This document shows, in pieces, positions 26,643 to 39,700 of a stretch of DNA of 64,000 nucleotides (the stretch's first letter is position 1; each line of letters opens with the position of its first letter). The stretch is from Camelus ferus. Lineage: Eukaryota. Under the pieces are notes generated by a model. That model had not been told where the DNA came from. It saw nothing but the letters and a program-made list of their open reading frames with translations, and did no database searches. Location: the NCBI RefSeq assembly GCF_009834535.1, contig NC_045696.1, positions 78,680,001 to 78,744,000 on the forward strand, given 5' to 3'. The translations under genes and the position numbers were made by a program.

Positions 26643-26840
26643 TGGACAAAGGGATGATTCATATCCCTGGCAGGACAGAGGTGGATGGTGTGAGATTTCA
26701 TCGCACTACTCAGAAAGGTGCAAAATTTAAAACTTAAGAATTGTGTATTTCTAAAATTTTCCATAATATGTTTGGACCCAGGTTGACCTTGGGCAATTGA
26801 ATTTGCAGAAAGTGAATCTGTGGATAAAGGAAGACCACTG
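26643..26840 (+). mobile_element. MER44/Tigger7 3' fragment
   Basis: ggacaaagggatgattca...gagatttcatcgcactactcagaa...gtggataaaggaagaccactg followed by TA. Confidence 0.8.
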
Positions 26841-28929
26841 TACTTTCAGAACATTAAAAAATTTTGGCAAAATAATTGATAAGCAAATGTTAATAAAAGA
26901 TTATAGATAAGAACCTAATGGTACAGTTTTTAAAATAATTAGTTTAAATAGATAATTTATTTTTGTTTTCATGAGCAAGTAATGGAATAAGTGAATAATG
27001 AGGCTAAAACAGAAAATTCATCTGGATGCTGGTTTTTGTTATTTTGATCACTTAGGATGAATTTAATTAATGCATTAATGAACATATCCAGTATAGACCT
27101 TACTGCCAATAGCCTCATGCTTAACTTCTGGTAGTATTATAGCCCTTGAGGAGTTCCACAGTAGTTGTGGAGGTTGACATAGAGAGGAATAGTATGGAAG
27201 TGTTCTAACACAATGTGAATTCTGGGTTGTTTAATTATTCTATTATTACAGCATCCATCAGAATAATAGAACTGTAAGTGACCTCATCAAGGCTAAAGAC
27301 AGCAATAAACTGAGATAGAAACTAGACTTTAACACTGTTTTAACTGAGGATACTTAAAAGATTGATAATTCCAACCCTGAGTATTGAACAGATCTCAGCA
27401 TAAATATATAAATGGCCAAATAATCCTTTCATTTATCCAATTCTACATTAGGGAATTCTGCCTTACAATCTAGGCAAAGGAAAAATGAATCCTGAAAGTT
27501 TATGATCATGCAAATAGCCAACACATGAGTCAAATACACACTCAACATCGAACGTCAACACAGAGACAGCCAAAGTGCTAATGGAAGTTACATTTTCTCC
27601 TTGGAATAGTCAGTGCTCCAAGAGTTTCCAATGTTCTCATAGACCATAAAATGTGAAAATTTCAGGTCAATGGAGACAGTATGTGCATATCCTGAACTGG
27701 GAAATACTGAGGGATGCCTTATGAGGTTATGGAATAAATCAACATAGCTGGCCTGCTGATTCTTAATTAGTCATCCTAGAAGAGCCAGAGATGCCCCATC
27801 TAGAGCAGTTGCTGAACCAAAAGAAAGCATCACTGGAGTTCAAGAACACAAGCTTCATACAATCAGAAAATGTTAGAGCTAGAAAGGCTCTAAGAGACCA
27901 TGTATTGTAGTTCAGTGTCCACAAGTCTGTAGGTCATTGTTGCATTTCAGTGATTACATGAACTTCTTGATATTATATGCAAAGTTATGCCTATAAGTGC
28001 CTAAGAACCACTGATCTAGTTCAGTCATTTCATTTAACGGATGAGGAAACACTTACATTGAAACGGAATCACAATTCACTAGTACTAAATTGGAGGTAGC
28101 ATCTCTTGAGTCCCAGCTGTTTGTTTTTGCTATCACACCAACTTGTTTCCTAGTAAGTATTAAAAATCTTAACTGCAGCAGAAAAAGATAGACAGCTGGA
28201 ATCCCTAATCCCCAATTCTCTGAAAGACTCTTGTGTAATCACTCAGTAAGCCCTCCATCAGTCCATTTATGCTGCCCTTCCTTGTCAACATGCCAAATAT
28301 AACCTGTGTGATATGTGTCTTCTGACAGCCTTTGTATCTCATGTTCTAGTAGTATCTCAGAAACCAAAGTAGTCTGCCAGAATACTCAAAGGAGAAATCA
28401 GAGGATATAAAAATGTTTTGAGACTGTAAGTGTTCAAGGACAGGGCAACATGTTACTTACACTACCTTGTATATAAATGATGCTCAACAAATATTTGTTG
28501 AACTGAATTGAAATAGTGTATAAACGATCTAACAAATGGTCATGCCAACCATTCCCAAAGGAGGAAGAACCCTTCTCAAGAATCGCTCCCTCATATGAAT
28601 TCACTAAGGCTATTTTTTAAACTAGTTTTCCTTAAGTGACTCCATATATATTCTGATCAATCTTTCAGTTATTCCAAATAGCTCTGAATTTACAGATAGA
28701 TTCCAGGATTTTTATATGTTCAGTAAATTAACAAGATTTTCTCTGTGTTGCTGTTATTTTAAAGAAAAAAAAAAAGGTCTCTCTCCAGGAAGGCATTTTG
28801 GCTAATGAATAAGAATCTCTCATTAAATTAGTTACACCATTAGATTCACTTTCAGATGGTTTAACAGTGGTCTTTGGGGTCTAATAACGTATTGCTGACT
28901 TGGGCAAGCTGCCACTGAACTGAACATGA

Positions 28930-30656
28930 ATTTGTAAAAAGTAAATCTCCATCTCAGATCTGAACAAAATATTTTTCCCAGCTAAACCTGTTTCTTTCTC
29001 TATATTGACTATTGTGATTAGAAGCATTATAATTTATCTAGTCCCTAATCCAAAAAGTTGACTAAACTTTCCTTTCCTTCACCTAAAACATCTATTAAAT
29101 AAGGATATCCAATCAAATAAACCTCATAAACAGCCTTCCTTTTCCCCATGGCCATTACCTTGTTAAAGGCCCTCATCACTCTGAGCCTGAACTCATAGCT
29201 CTCCCTACCTTTAACTGCTTCCATTCTAGTTTTCCCTGAATAAAACATCAGAATTAGTTTTCTAAAAAGTAAATCTGATCATTCCTTACTACTGCTTAAA
29301 ACCTATCAGCATCTTCCTACTACATCCAAGTAAACTCACATTTTCACCTTAAAATGAAAAGTTTCTGGTAATTAAATCTTGGTGTTCTTTCCATTCTCAT
29401 TTCCAGTAACCCATAATACCTCCCATAGGCTCTTTAAATCACCTGCAGAGACATCTCGTCAAGGTTGATGTCAGCCTGTTTCTTTATTCCCTTAACTTTT
29501 AGCATACACCACACCCTCTCTGTGAAAAGCTCTGACACTTTTTCCATCTGGTATAGAAGCTACCCTCCCTTCAAGGTATAATCAAAGGCTGCAAAAAAAA
29601 AAAAAAAAAAAAAAAAAGCCAGAAAAAAAAAACATAGCTGTCTATCCTATATGAGGTTAATTGTTTCCTCTCCAATCTAGGACACTCTGTCCGTATTTCT
29701 ATCATAGAACTTTTAAAACAATAGTTAATGAAACGTACATACTGAAGTCAAATATATTATCTGAACATGATTAAAGTCAATCAAAAATCATTATCAAAAA
29801 GATATCTAGAATCATGAAATATGCACACTTCTAAACTTCCCATGGTCAACGGAGGAATAACAAGGCAAATTAGGAAACATGCTACATTAAAAGATTACAA
29901 ATACATGTTACATTAGGTACATGAACTGGAGTGGCATCTGTGACAATTGAAGTGAAACTCCAAAAATTCTCTCCTACATAAAACCAAAAACAGAACCAGC
30001 AAAAATTGTTAGAAGCAACTCCTTTTCAGAACTCTAGAAATTAACAAAACACTTGCAGCATTCTAGGGAACGTTTATTCAAGAAAAATAACTGATGTCAG
30101 TAAAATTAGTGATCATGGGATTTGAATTCGCCATAGTCTTTTCTCCCATTGGTTGAAAACTAATAGCCAACATTTGTGGTGAATACCAGCAGACCAGGCA
30201 CCTCCAAAAAAAGAATGGGGCTGGAGAATCTTCAAAATCTCATTCCCAGAAAAAGTCACAATTTGACCTATTTGGTGGTTCCTAATAGACCCACTTCAAG
30301 CTTATCTGTATTCAACCTAAATCATCTAGTGGGGAAAGACTTTTTCCCAAAGGCATTTGTTGAAAATAATTACAGGTAATTTTTTTTTACCCTTACACAT
30401 GTCTGCGGCAGTGAATAAGAGTGGGGCAAACAAGAAAATACATATATATACACACACACACATACACACACACATATTTTATATATATATAATGGTTTGT
30501 TTAGGTGTTCACCTCTACCATTAGAATCTCTTCAAGGGCATAGACTATACCAAATAAATTTTTGTGCCCACAGATCCTAACAAAATGCTCAAAACATAGT
30601 AAGTATAAATGTTGGCTAAGGACATAAGTGAGTGAGTGAATGAATGAATGAATGAA
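28930..30656 (+). mobile_element. L2 LINE, interrupted by L1 fragments and a (TA)/(CA) tract
   Basis: Pyrimidine-rich L2 motifs (aaatctgatcattccttactactgcttaaaacc) and a terminal (GAAT)n tail at about 30637-30656. Confidence 0.7.
29760..30430 (+). mobile_element. Old L1 fragments including a 5' UTR piece (L1M4/L1MD-like)
   Basis: ttttcagaactctagaaattaacaaaacacttgcagca...gtttattcaagaaaaataactga matches recalled old L1 5' ends. Confidence 0.55.
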
Positions 30657-30789
30657 AAGATACAGAAGAACTAGGATCCGTCTTCTGTTGTATATGCAAT
30701 TGGTTCAATTACATGATTTTTTTTTTTTTTTTACATATTAGAACTTTCAGAATGTACTTGTTCCCACATCCCTAGATACAAGTAAATAA

Positions 30790-31181
30790 AACTCATTGTT
30801 CTCCACGGCTGCCAAAACAAAGAACCACAGACTGAATGGCTTAAACAACAGAAATTTATTTCCTCACAGTTTTGGCAGCTAGAAGTCTAAGATCAAGAAA
30901 GAACCAGCAGGGTTGGTTCCTTCTGAGAGCTGCGTGGGAGAATCCATTCAAGGCTTCTTCGAAACTTGACTTTTGATGGCTGTCTTCCTTCTGTCCATGT
31001 CCATGTCAAAATTTCCTTTTTTTATAAGGATACCAGTGATACTGGTTTCAGACCCACCTTCATGAACTCATTTTAATCTACATCTGTAAAGACCCTATCT
31101 ACAAATAAGGTTATGTTCTGAGATACTGGCAGTTAGGACTTCAACATGATTTTTGGAAGAAACACAATTCAGCCTATAACA
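30790..31181 (-). mobile_element. MLT1B/C-like MaLR solo LTR
   Basis: ggcttaaacaacagaaatttatttcctcacagttttgg...aaagaccctatct...acacaattcagcctataaca. Confidence 0.88.
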
Positions 31182-33454
31182 CCTACCCTCATCCATATAA
31201 AAAGACTGTGTTATAACTATGTTTCAGTCTCTTCAGAATGTTTCTACATAATAAGCCAGACTTTTCAGAATATTCCCTATTACCTTAAAAACAATATATC
31301 AAGAAAAAGTCCCTAAAGTCTCTAGCAGTGGTTTTGAAACCCAACTGTTAGGTCAAAGTCAGCCCTAGAGATGAAGGAAGAATAATTGGACTAATTTTAT
31401 TCCTGGCTCAGCCATTAAACATTGAATTTGCCCTGGGCATAGGACTTAAATAATCTGTGCTTCAGTTTTTCACCTGGAAAAGACATCGGTTGGGCTGAAT
31501 CCCTCTGCAATTCCACAAGCCCAAAGACTCTGGTTCTACCTTGCTATTTTGCCACAGCAATGGCACTGCTGGAGAGGACTTAGAACTAACACAAAAGTAC
31601 TTATTTAATTGAAGAGATTATTATAAATTCAGCTGATTTGGGAAATGTTTGCACAGCTGAAGACCACGAAACTTCCAGACTTCTTAGACAAATTTCATTC
31701 ATTCTCTGAGGACAAACTGCCTTTCAAATTCTAAATGCACACAGATGTTGCTTTGAGCACCAAAAAATAACTATGGTAGGTATCCCTCATGGCAGTGCCT
31801 TAAGTTACTCCAAAGTTATTTCCATCAAGATTGAATATTCCAACCACTTTCATTTTCTCAAATATTAGTCCTAGAAAAATAGAACCTGCCACAACAGGTT
31901 TTAGGATTTAAGTTATATATTAATTTATAAAAATTATCTTGGATTCTGTGATACAATTCAAAGCAACTAACTGTTGACTTCCAAATGGTATCCAGATATT
32001 CTGAACCAGTAAATTTTAAAAGTATCTAGTTTTTAGTACATCAAGTGACAAAGGAATCAAGACAATGAAATGATCTTTATTAATACAGGAAAAACAAGCA
32101 TGCATTTGAAAAAGAATTCACTTCCTTTGATAAGAGTGTTTTATAAATTTAATACAGAGTATAATGATCAAAATTTGGGGAAAATGTGTTGAAAGAGAAT
32201 GATATGAACATTTCCTTTGAGAAATAAGCATGGAATATTACAATGCAAGTCTATAGGATATGTTAGGACAATTTGAAGCAACATCAAGCTGAAAGAAAAA
32301 AATATCAATACTTCAGAAGATTGTTTAGGACACAAAGAATTCCTTAGAAGGGACATCTATGTTAAATTACCAGCAGAGTGATTCTTGAGGATACCAGCTA
32401 TATATTAAACTGGTGTTAATTTATTTAAGCAAATTATAAACGTTGGAGAACAAGTGAGCTGACATCAAAAACCAACTGTCTCAATATCCAACACTCGACA
32501 ATGAGAATGATGACAAATAATTTAAAGAGTACTACCAATATGAAACTTTCAAGAAGAGTACAGAATGTTCAGGATTTTTTATAACTATGTTAAAAAAGTT
32601 TAGTCTAAGAGGGTGCTTTGACTACCTGAGGCTTCTAAGATTTACAAGTTTTACTCAGACTGCTGCTGAGTATAGTATATAGTATAAAGTATAGCCGAAA
32701 GGTACTATAGAGCATGGGGAAGATGTTATATAATCATACCTCAAAGTTATAAAATTCAGTAATTGATATAATGGTGAAAAATGATACAGGTTTGAAAAAG
32801 AACACTAGTAATACTGATGTAGGTTATGGTGATCTAAGGTTCATAATGTACTTTCTGAGAATATACTGATCACCCAAAATTGATAACATAATTCTTCCAT
32901 TAAGCAATATCCCATTCTAAAGTAATTTCTTACAAGATAGTGAGTGTCTAATGTTCTTAAACGGTTGATTCACTTCTTATGGCTATGTGCTTCCAGAAAA
33001 TGGTTTACTCATTCTTGCTGACAATAGCTCTGGAAAATATCAGTATTCCTTTATATACCTATAAAATACTTTAAAAGTACATATCTCTCCTTTTTCTTCC
33101 ATGATGCCAACCCCACTACAAATTTTAATTAAGACTACAGGTAGTACTAAATATTTTTAAATGTGATTCTAAAGTATGAAGAGATTAACTGGGCAGCTTA
33201 TTTTGCTAATCATGAACTAGAAACCCACCAATTCCCACTTCATTCAATAAGATAACCAAACAGGCTCTCGAAGGCATGTTTTCTGAATAGAAAGCTCTTC
33301 CCACCTGTCAAATAGATGGTGACATCCCCCTCCCTTACATAGTTCAGTCCATTATTTTCAATTCATCTAAGCTTTCCCTCCTCTATACTCTCAACATGTT
33401 TTGAAAAGTATAGGCTGCCTGTTTCCTCTGAACTTGAAACCAGGGGTTCTTGAC

Positions 33455-33690
33455 TTTTTTAAAAAGATCATTGTTCAGATGTAATTTGCATACAATAAAA
33501 TTCACCCATTTGAAATGTATGATTCAATGTTTTTAGTATATTCCTATTATATTAATAACAAAGGGAACGAAACTAAGATTTTAAAAGGTTAAGTATTTTA
33601 TCTAAATCTCACAGCTATAAAACAGCTGAGCCTAGATTTAAAATCAGTTCTAGACAACTCCAAATTATGTGTTCTTTTGATTATAGTGGT
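33455..33690 (-). mobile_element. L1 3' tip (33455-33545) followed by a MIR fragment
   Basis: catacaataaaattcacccatttgaaatgtatgattcaatg (antisense L1 tail); gaaactaag...aggttaagta...tcacagcta...cctagattt (MIR). Confidence 0.6.
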
Positions 33691-33849
33691 GAAGATGAAG
33701 AAAAACTGCATTAGGATCAAGTTTAGCCTTTTACTTAAAGTAATAAAAAAATGGTATGTGGCTTGGGTGTTAAAGGATAGAGGTTGATAGGGTTTCTAAT
33801 CTTCATTGGTTATTAGTATTACCATCAAACTAATTGGCTATATATAAAA

Positions 33850-34580
33850 TTTCTGAACTATTTCTGATTTTTTCTCTTCTCCCAACATACCATTTTTACC
33901 TGACATCCATTTTCTATTCCACTCTCATGGATCTATTTCAGGTCATCATCACCCTTACACTTGATAATCATAACATCTTCTAAACTAATTTTTCTGTCTG
34001 TTAGCTTTCCTTATGTAAATCCATTTCCTTGCATAAATGATTTACTACTGCAAAACTAATCCTGAAATGCAGTTGTGATCATAGCGTATCTACATTCAAA
34101 AATATTCAATATTCTCCCCTCATATTCACCAAATCAAATACAGCTAATTGACCTTCACATTCCAGGCCTCCACAAAATAGCCATGACTTACTTCACAATT
34201 CCAGCCTAGACATCTTAGCTACTTACAGCTAAACTGTACCATTTACTATTGTTGAAAAGTACTCCATGTTTCCAAACTTAATGCCTCCCCCATGTCTGTC
34301 CACGGAAACCTAATCCATCTCAAATGCCGCCTCTTCAGGGAAAACTATCCCAATTCTCTCAACACAATAACTGCTTCCTCTTTTAATTACAATTTTTCTC
34401 ATATAGTTCATATAACCCTGAATTATTCTAGCCTTGTGGATTTACCTAATTTCCCTTTCTAGACTTCAAGTTCTATGAAAGCAAAGCCTGTGTATTATTC
34501 TTGTCTGAATTCCAAAACACATAGCAGATTCTTTGGGCATTAAATTATGGGCATTAAAAGTAATCATTGGATTAAATTAT
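33850..34580 (+). mobile_element. L2 LINE fragment
   Basis: Pyrimidine-rich L2 body ending ctagacttcaagttctatgaaagcaaagcctgtgt. Confidence 0.65.
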
Positions 34581-34604
34581 TAAAGTTGAAAAAATATAGT
34601 GGTG

Positions 34605-35140
34605 CATTGATCAGAACTATTTTGGCTGCAAATGACATATGCTTCAACTAGTTTAGATCAAACAAGAATTGATTTTGCCTCATAAGAACAAACCATGGAA
34701 AAGGAATGATACATCTGCCTTCCAGATACCACAGATAAAGGACTTTGTATCATGCTGTTACTCTTCTCCTATGCGCTGACTTTGTTCCTACCTATTAAAG
34801 ACTGACTTTGTCTACCTGGCCATAGACATGGCCACTAGCAGCCTCCCAGTTTTCATCCTTTAAGCTTCAGGATTGGAGAAACAAGCAATCTTCTGCAACA
34901 CTCACCTCTATATCTGCATCTGTTTAAAAAAAATGCCAGAAAAAAAAAGTTTCTTACTGGCCGAGCTTGAGTCACTGACTCACTAACCTTCTGGCTGTGG
35001 TTAAAAGTTGAGCATAAAGAAGGTAGCAGTTCCTGTTAAAAGCCTCATGGATAAAGTGAGGTATCCAGATGTGTGTGAGTGTTTTGGACTTTCTCCAAAA
35101 ATAAGAGAAGGGGTATTATATGGACAAATATTTGATGTCC
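34605..35140 (-). mobile_element. Old MaLR LTR (MLT1J/K/L-like)
   Basis: tcagaactatttggctgcaaatgaca...; gacatggccactagcagc; actggccgagcttgagtcac. Confidence 0.5.
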
Positions 35141-36759
35141 GCTAGAAGTAGCTAAAGGGTTCAGTGGTGATAACTGATTACTGTTGCATAGTTGAGTTAA
35201 AAAAATTACGAAAAGAAAACGTTAGCCTATCAATCTATAAACAGCATTTTGGAACACTCAGCAGAAAAGAAAAAGATATACATGGCATTGTTTATTTCCC
35301 CATTCCTCATATTATTGTTCTTCCTGCAACATTCCTAAGTGGGCAGGTTCAAATTTTCTATAGTTTATGCAGAAGTGAGGCTGTGTGCAACTGTTGATAA
35401 ATTTCCTAGATTGACAGGCAAAATAAAAAGGTTGCTAATCATAACTATTTGGGAATCCAGTATTCCATGATGGTCAAAACAATGTTACTGAATATAAATG
35501 TCAGCCTTTCTCATGTAGTTTATCATTTTTACCTCCTTGCATCATATTTACCTCCTACTTTCATTGTTGGAAGGATCCATCACATATCTCGAGGAGTATC
35601 ATACACAAAGGACATCAAGAATCATGATGTCGAATGAGTGTAACAGGCAGCAAGACAACATAAATGAGAAGGATATATGGCGATTTAGGAAGTGCCTACT
35701 CCTGAAATGTGTACCTGCTACACTGCTGCAGCCAATTGTTCCACTGAGGGGAGGCACACTAGTGTTGTTAAATCAGGTGGTTCCTTATATTAAAAAATTA
35801 CAGAAATTCAGGGTAATATATATGAAACCTGATTCTTAAAGGTGAGTTACCAACTCAAATATTTTTCAAATGCCGTACAGACCAAATAAATCTTCAGGTG
35901 AAATTTGGCCTGCCAATTTAATCTTCTATAGATACAGGTTCAACAATTACTCATTGAATGAATGCTTATGTGCAAAAATGAATGATTTGCAAATCAAATC
36001 ATAGTTTTCTATTAATTACATTCCAACTGTAGAGATCACTTTCTCCAGAAGAAAATGTTGGCTCCGGTCCATTAAAACAGTTTAAAATTTTAACATTTAC
36101 ATGAGAATCATTCTTCTTTTGTTAATGCAAAGCATTGACAAATCTAATTCTAAAAATGACCTCTGAAGAAGTTACTCAAATGGATAATCAATTCATTCTT
36201 ATAGATGCCTTCTCATATGATATTAAAATGATCACACAGCCAGCATTTATTGGCATTCTCATTTATTTCTTGTTACTTAAATGTTTAAACTGCTCAACTT
36301 AATCCTCCTCATGAAGGCATTTAAAACTGCTATCAGCCATACTGAAATCTCTTTCTTTAAATTCCTATAGTCCTTATTTGTTGTATATCATTTAATCACG
36401 TTTCCAAGCTTCAAGGCATTCCTCGACTAATGGAAGTGAAGTATCTGCACAGTGAAGCAACAGAAAGAACAACAAACTTGTTATCAGGAGATCCAGTCAG
36501 ATTCAAATTCATTAATTGTGGGGCCTTGGGAAAGGAGAGTAAATGGTATGCTAGATACTGCAGCAAGAACTCTTCAGCAGTAGTCAACTGAGAGAGGGAG
36601 ATAACAGAAGGAAACCAGGCATTTAGTTGTCCAGGCAACTGTCAACTGTCAACTCCTGTTAAAAAAAGGAGATAGATATGAGAACCAGAAAGGCAGTACT
36701 GATAGAACCCACTATGAATAGATGGTAGAGGAAAGAAAGAGAAGAATAAAAATAAATGC

Positions 36760-39700
36760 GAAGATATGTGAGTAAAAGCTATTTTATCAAATAAAAATCT
36801 ACTTAAAATATAATGGAGTGCTTAAAGCAAAAAAATAATATAACCTGGGTTCTGTAGATATATGAAAATAAAAATCTATGACAAAAAGCCCCCCAAAATG
36901 AGGAAAATGGAAATATACTGTATTGTGTAGAAAATATAAGGAAAGAAATTCCACTTAGAGTTAAGAAGAGAAATAGAAGATATTTTTTAAATCATACTAT
37001 AAAAATGAAAAGTATAATGTCTTAGGTGAAAAGTACACCAGATCAACTTATCAGCAAACTACATAAATCAGAAAAAAGACTGGTGAATTTGAAAACAAAG
37101 CAATGGAAACTATGCAAAAAGAAACAGAAAAGAAGGAGAACCAAAAATAAAAGACAAGAGAAGGGAAGGGAAGGGGAAAAGAAGAGGAGGGTGTTGTGGG
37201 GAATATAATGTGTGTATAAGTAAAATATATGACAATAACAGCACAAAATGGGAGGAGAAAAATAGCAGAATACTACTATAAAATTTTTATACTATAAAGT
37301 GGTACAATGTCACTTAAACGTAGACTCTAAGGTAACAAATGTATGTCATAAATTCTAAAGCAACCACTAAAATCACAAAAAGAATTATAGCTAATAATAA
37401 GCCAACAATTGAAATAGCATGAAATAATTTTAAAAGTACTCAACTAAAAGATGGAAAATAAAACAGTGAAGAAGATCAAAATAAGGATGGAATAAATAGA
37501 AAATAAATAGCAAGATGATAAACCTCACCATATCAATATATGTAATCATAATCATAAAATATGTTAATTATTTATAAACACTGCAATAAGAAGTCAAAAT
37601 TATAAAACTGAATTTAAGAAAAAAGCAAGACAACTGTTCACTGCTTACATGAAACATTTTAAATTTAAAAAACAAACAGGCTAAAAGTAAAAGGATGAAC
37701 AAATATACACCATGCTAATAGCAGTCAAAAGAAGGCTGGAGTGGCTATATTAATATCAGAAAACTAGGTTTCAAAGCAAAGAATAACACTAGGGAAAAAA
37801 GGTTATTATAGTGATAAAGGGGTTAACTTCTAATCAAGAAAACATAATAATCCTAAAGATCTACACATCTACTAAGGGAATGTCAACATATACAAAGCAA
37901 AAATTAACAGAATTTGAGGAGAAATAAATCCATAATTACAGAGATTAATTATAGTCAGAGCAGAAAATATCAAAATAGAAATATAAAACAATAATGAAAA
38001 TCAATGAAATAATAAGCTGTTTATTTGAGAAAAATCAAAACAACTGATAACCCTTATCTAAAAGGATGACAATAAAAGGAGACTTGATACAAATTAACAG
38101 TATCAATAGATGAAACAGAAAACCTAACAAGAAGATGGCAACTACCTGGGCTCATTTAAAAAAAAAAAAACCAGAAAACCTTGTATAGACCTGTGTCCAT
38201 TAAAGAGGTTGAATTTGTAGTTAAAAACTTCTCTCACAAAAAGAAAAAAAAAAAAAAGATCAAAGAAGATTTAAATAAATGGAGAGAAAAATCCATGTTC
38301 ATATATAGGAAGACTCAATATTGTCACGATGCCAGTTTTTCCCTACTTGATCTATAGACTCAACTCAAGCCCAATCAGAATTCCAGCAATTTATTTTGTG
38401 GATATCAACAAGCTGACTCTAAAGTTTAAGTGGAGAGGCAAAAGACCCAGAAAAGCCAACACAATATTTAAGGAGATGAACAAAGTCAGAAGACTGACAC
38501 GACCCAACTTCAAGACATACTATAAACTACAGTAATAAAGACAGTGTGGTATTGGTGAAAGAACAGACAAATAGAGCAATGGAACAAAACAGAGAGCCCA
38601 TAGGTAGACCCAGATAAATACAGTCAACTGAATTTGAAAAAGGTGAAAGGCAATGTAATGGAGCAAAGATAGTCTTTTCAACAAATGGTGCTGGAACAGC
38701 TGGACATCTACATGGAAAAAAAAAAAGGAATCTAGATACTGAACTTAAAACAGTTCACAAAAATTAACTCAAAATGGAAAACAGACCTAAATGTAAAATG
38801 CAAAACTGTAAAACCTATAGAAGATAACATAGGAGAAAACCAAAGAAAATAAGAAAGCTCCAAGCCCAGATAGTTTAACTTGAGAATTCTACCATGTATT
38901 TAGGGATGAAATAATATAAATTCTACACAAATCCATCCAGAAATTGAAGAGAAGGGAATACCATCCAACTGATTCTATGAGGCCAACATTACATTGGCAC
39001 CAAAACCAAGCAAAGACTTAAAGTAAAACTACAGACAATAGCCCTCATGAACACATGTGAAAGGATCCAAAAAAAAAAAAAAATTTAGCACATCTAATCC
39101 AACATTGTACAAAAGTGAGATACATCATTACAAAGTGGGGATTATCCTAGGAATGCTAAGTTAAACGTGCAAAAAGCAATGTATTTTATCATATAACAAA
39201 AAAGTATATAAACCATTTTAACAGCCAAAGAAAAAGCATCTGTCAAAAATCCAGCATCCTTTTCTAATACAAATTTTCAGAGTACTAGTAATAGACATAA
39301 ACTTTCTCAACCTGATAAATCCAGAATCCGAAAAATCTGTATCTATCATCATACTTAATAGTACAAGTCTGCATAAAAGCCTGAATGATCACCAACAACA
39401 CAAGAATGTCTACTCTCACCACCTCTACTCAACATGGTACAGAAAGTTCCAGCCACTGAAATAAGAAAAATAAATAAAAGGCATTTAAATTAGATGACAC
39501 AGTAACAATGTCTTTGTTTACAAATAATATGATCATCTATGCTGAAAACTGCTGGAATCTATAAAAAAGCCATTAGCACCAAAAAATTAGTTTAGGAAGT
39601 TGCAGAATACACTTTAATGCTAAAAAATTAATTTTGCTTGTATATACTAGAAATAAACAACAGAAATTGAAATAAAAACAAAATACCACTTACAATCATA

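Noticed and set aside
35450..35840. Overlapping ORFs in a slightly CpG-retaining patch
   Set aside because: No recognisable protein, splice sites, or polyA/TSD of a processed pseudogene; origin unresolved.
38329..38535. 68-aa ORF with clear protein similarity
   Set aside because: L1 ORF2 remnant bounded by stops and frameshifts.
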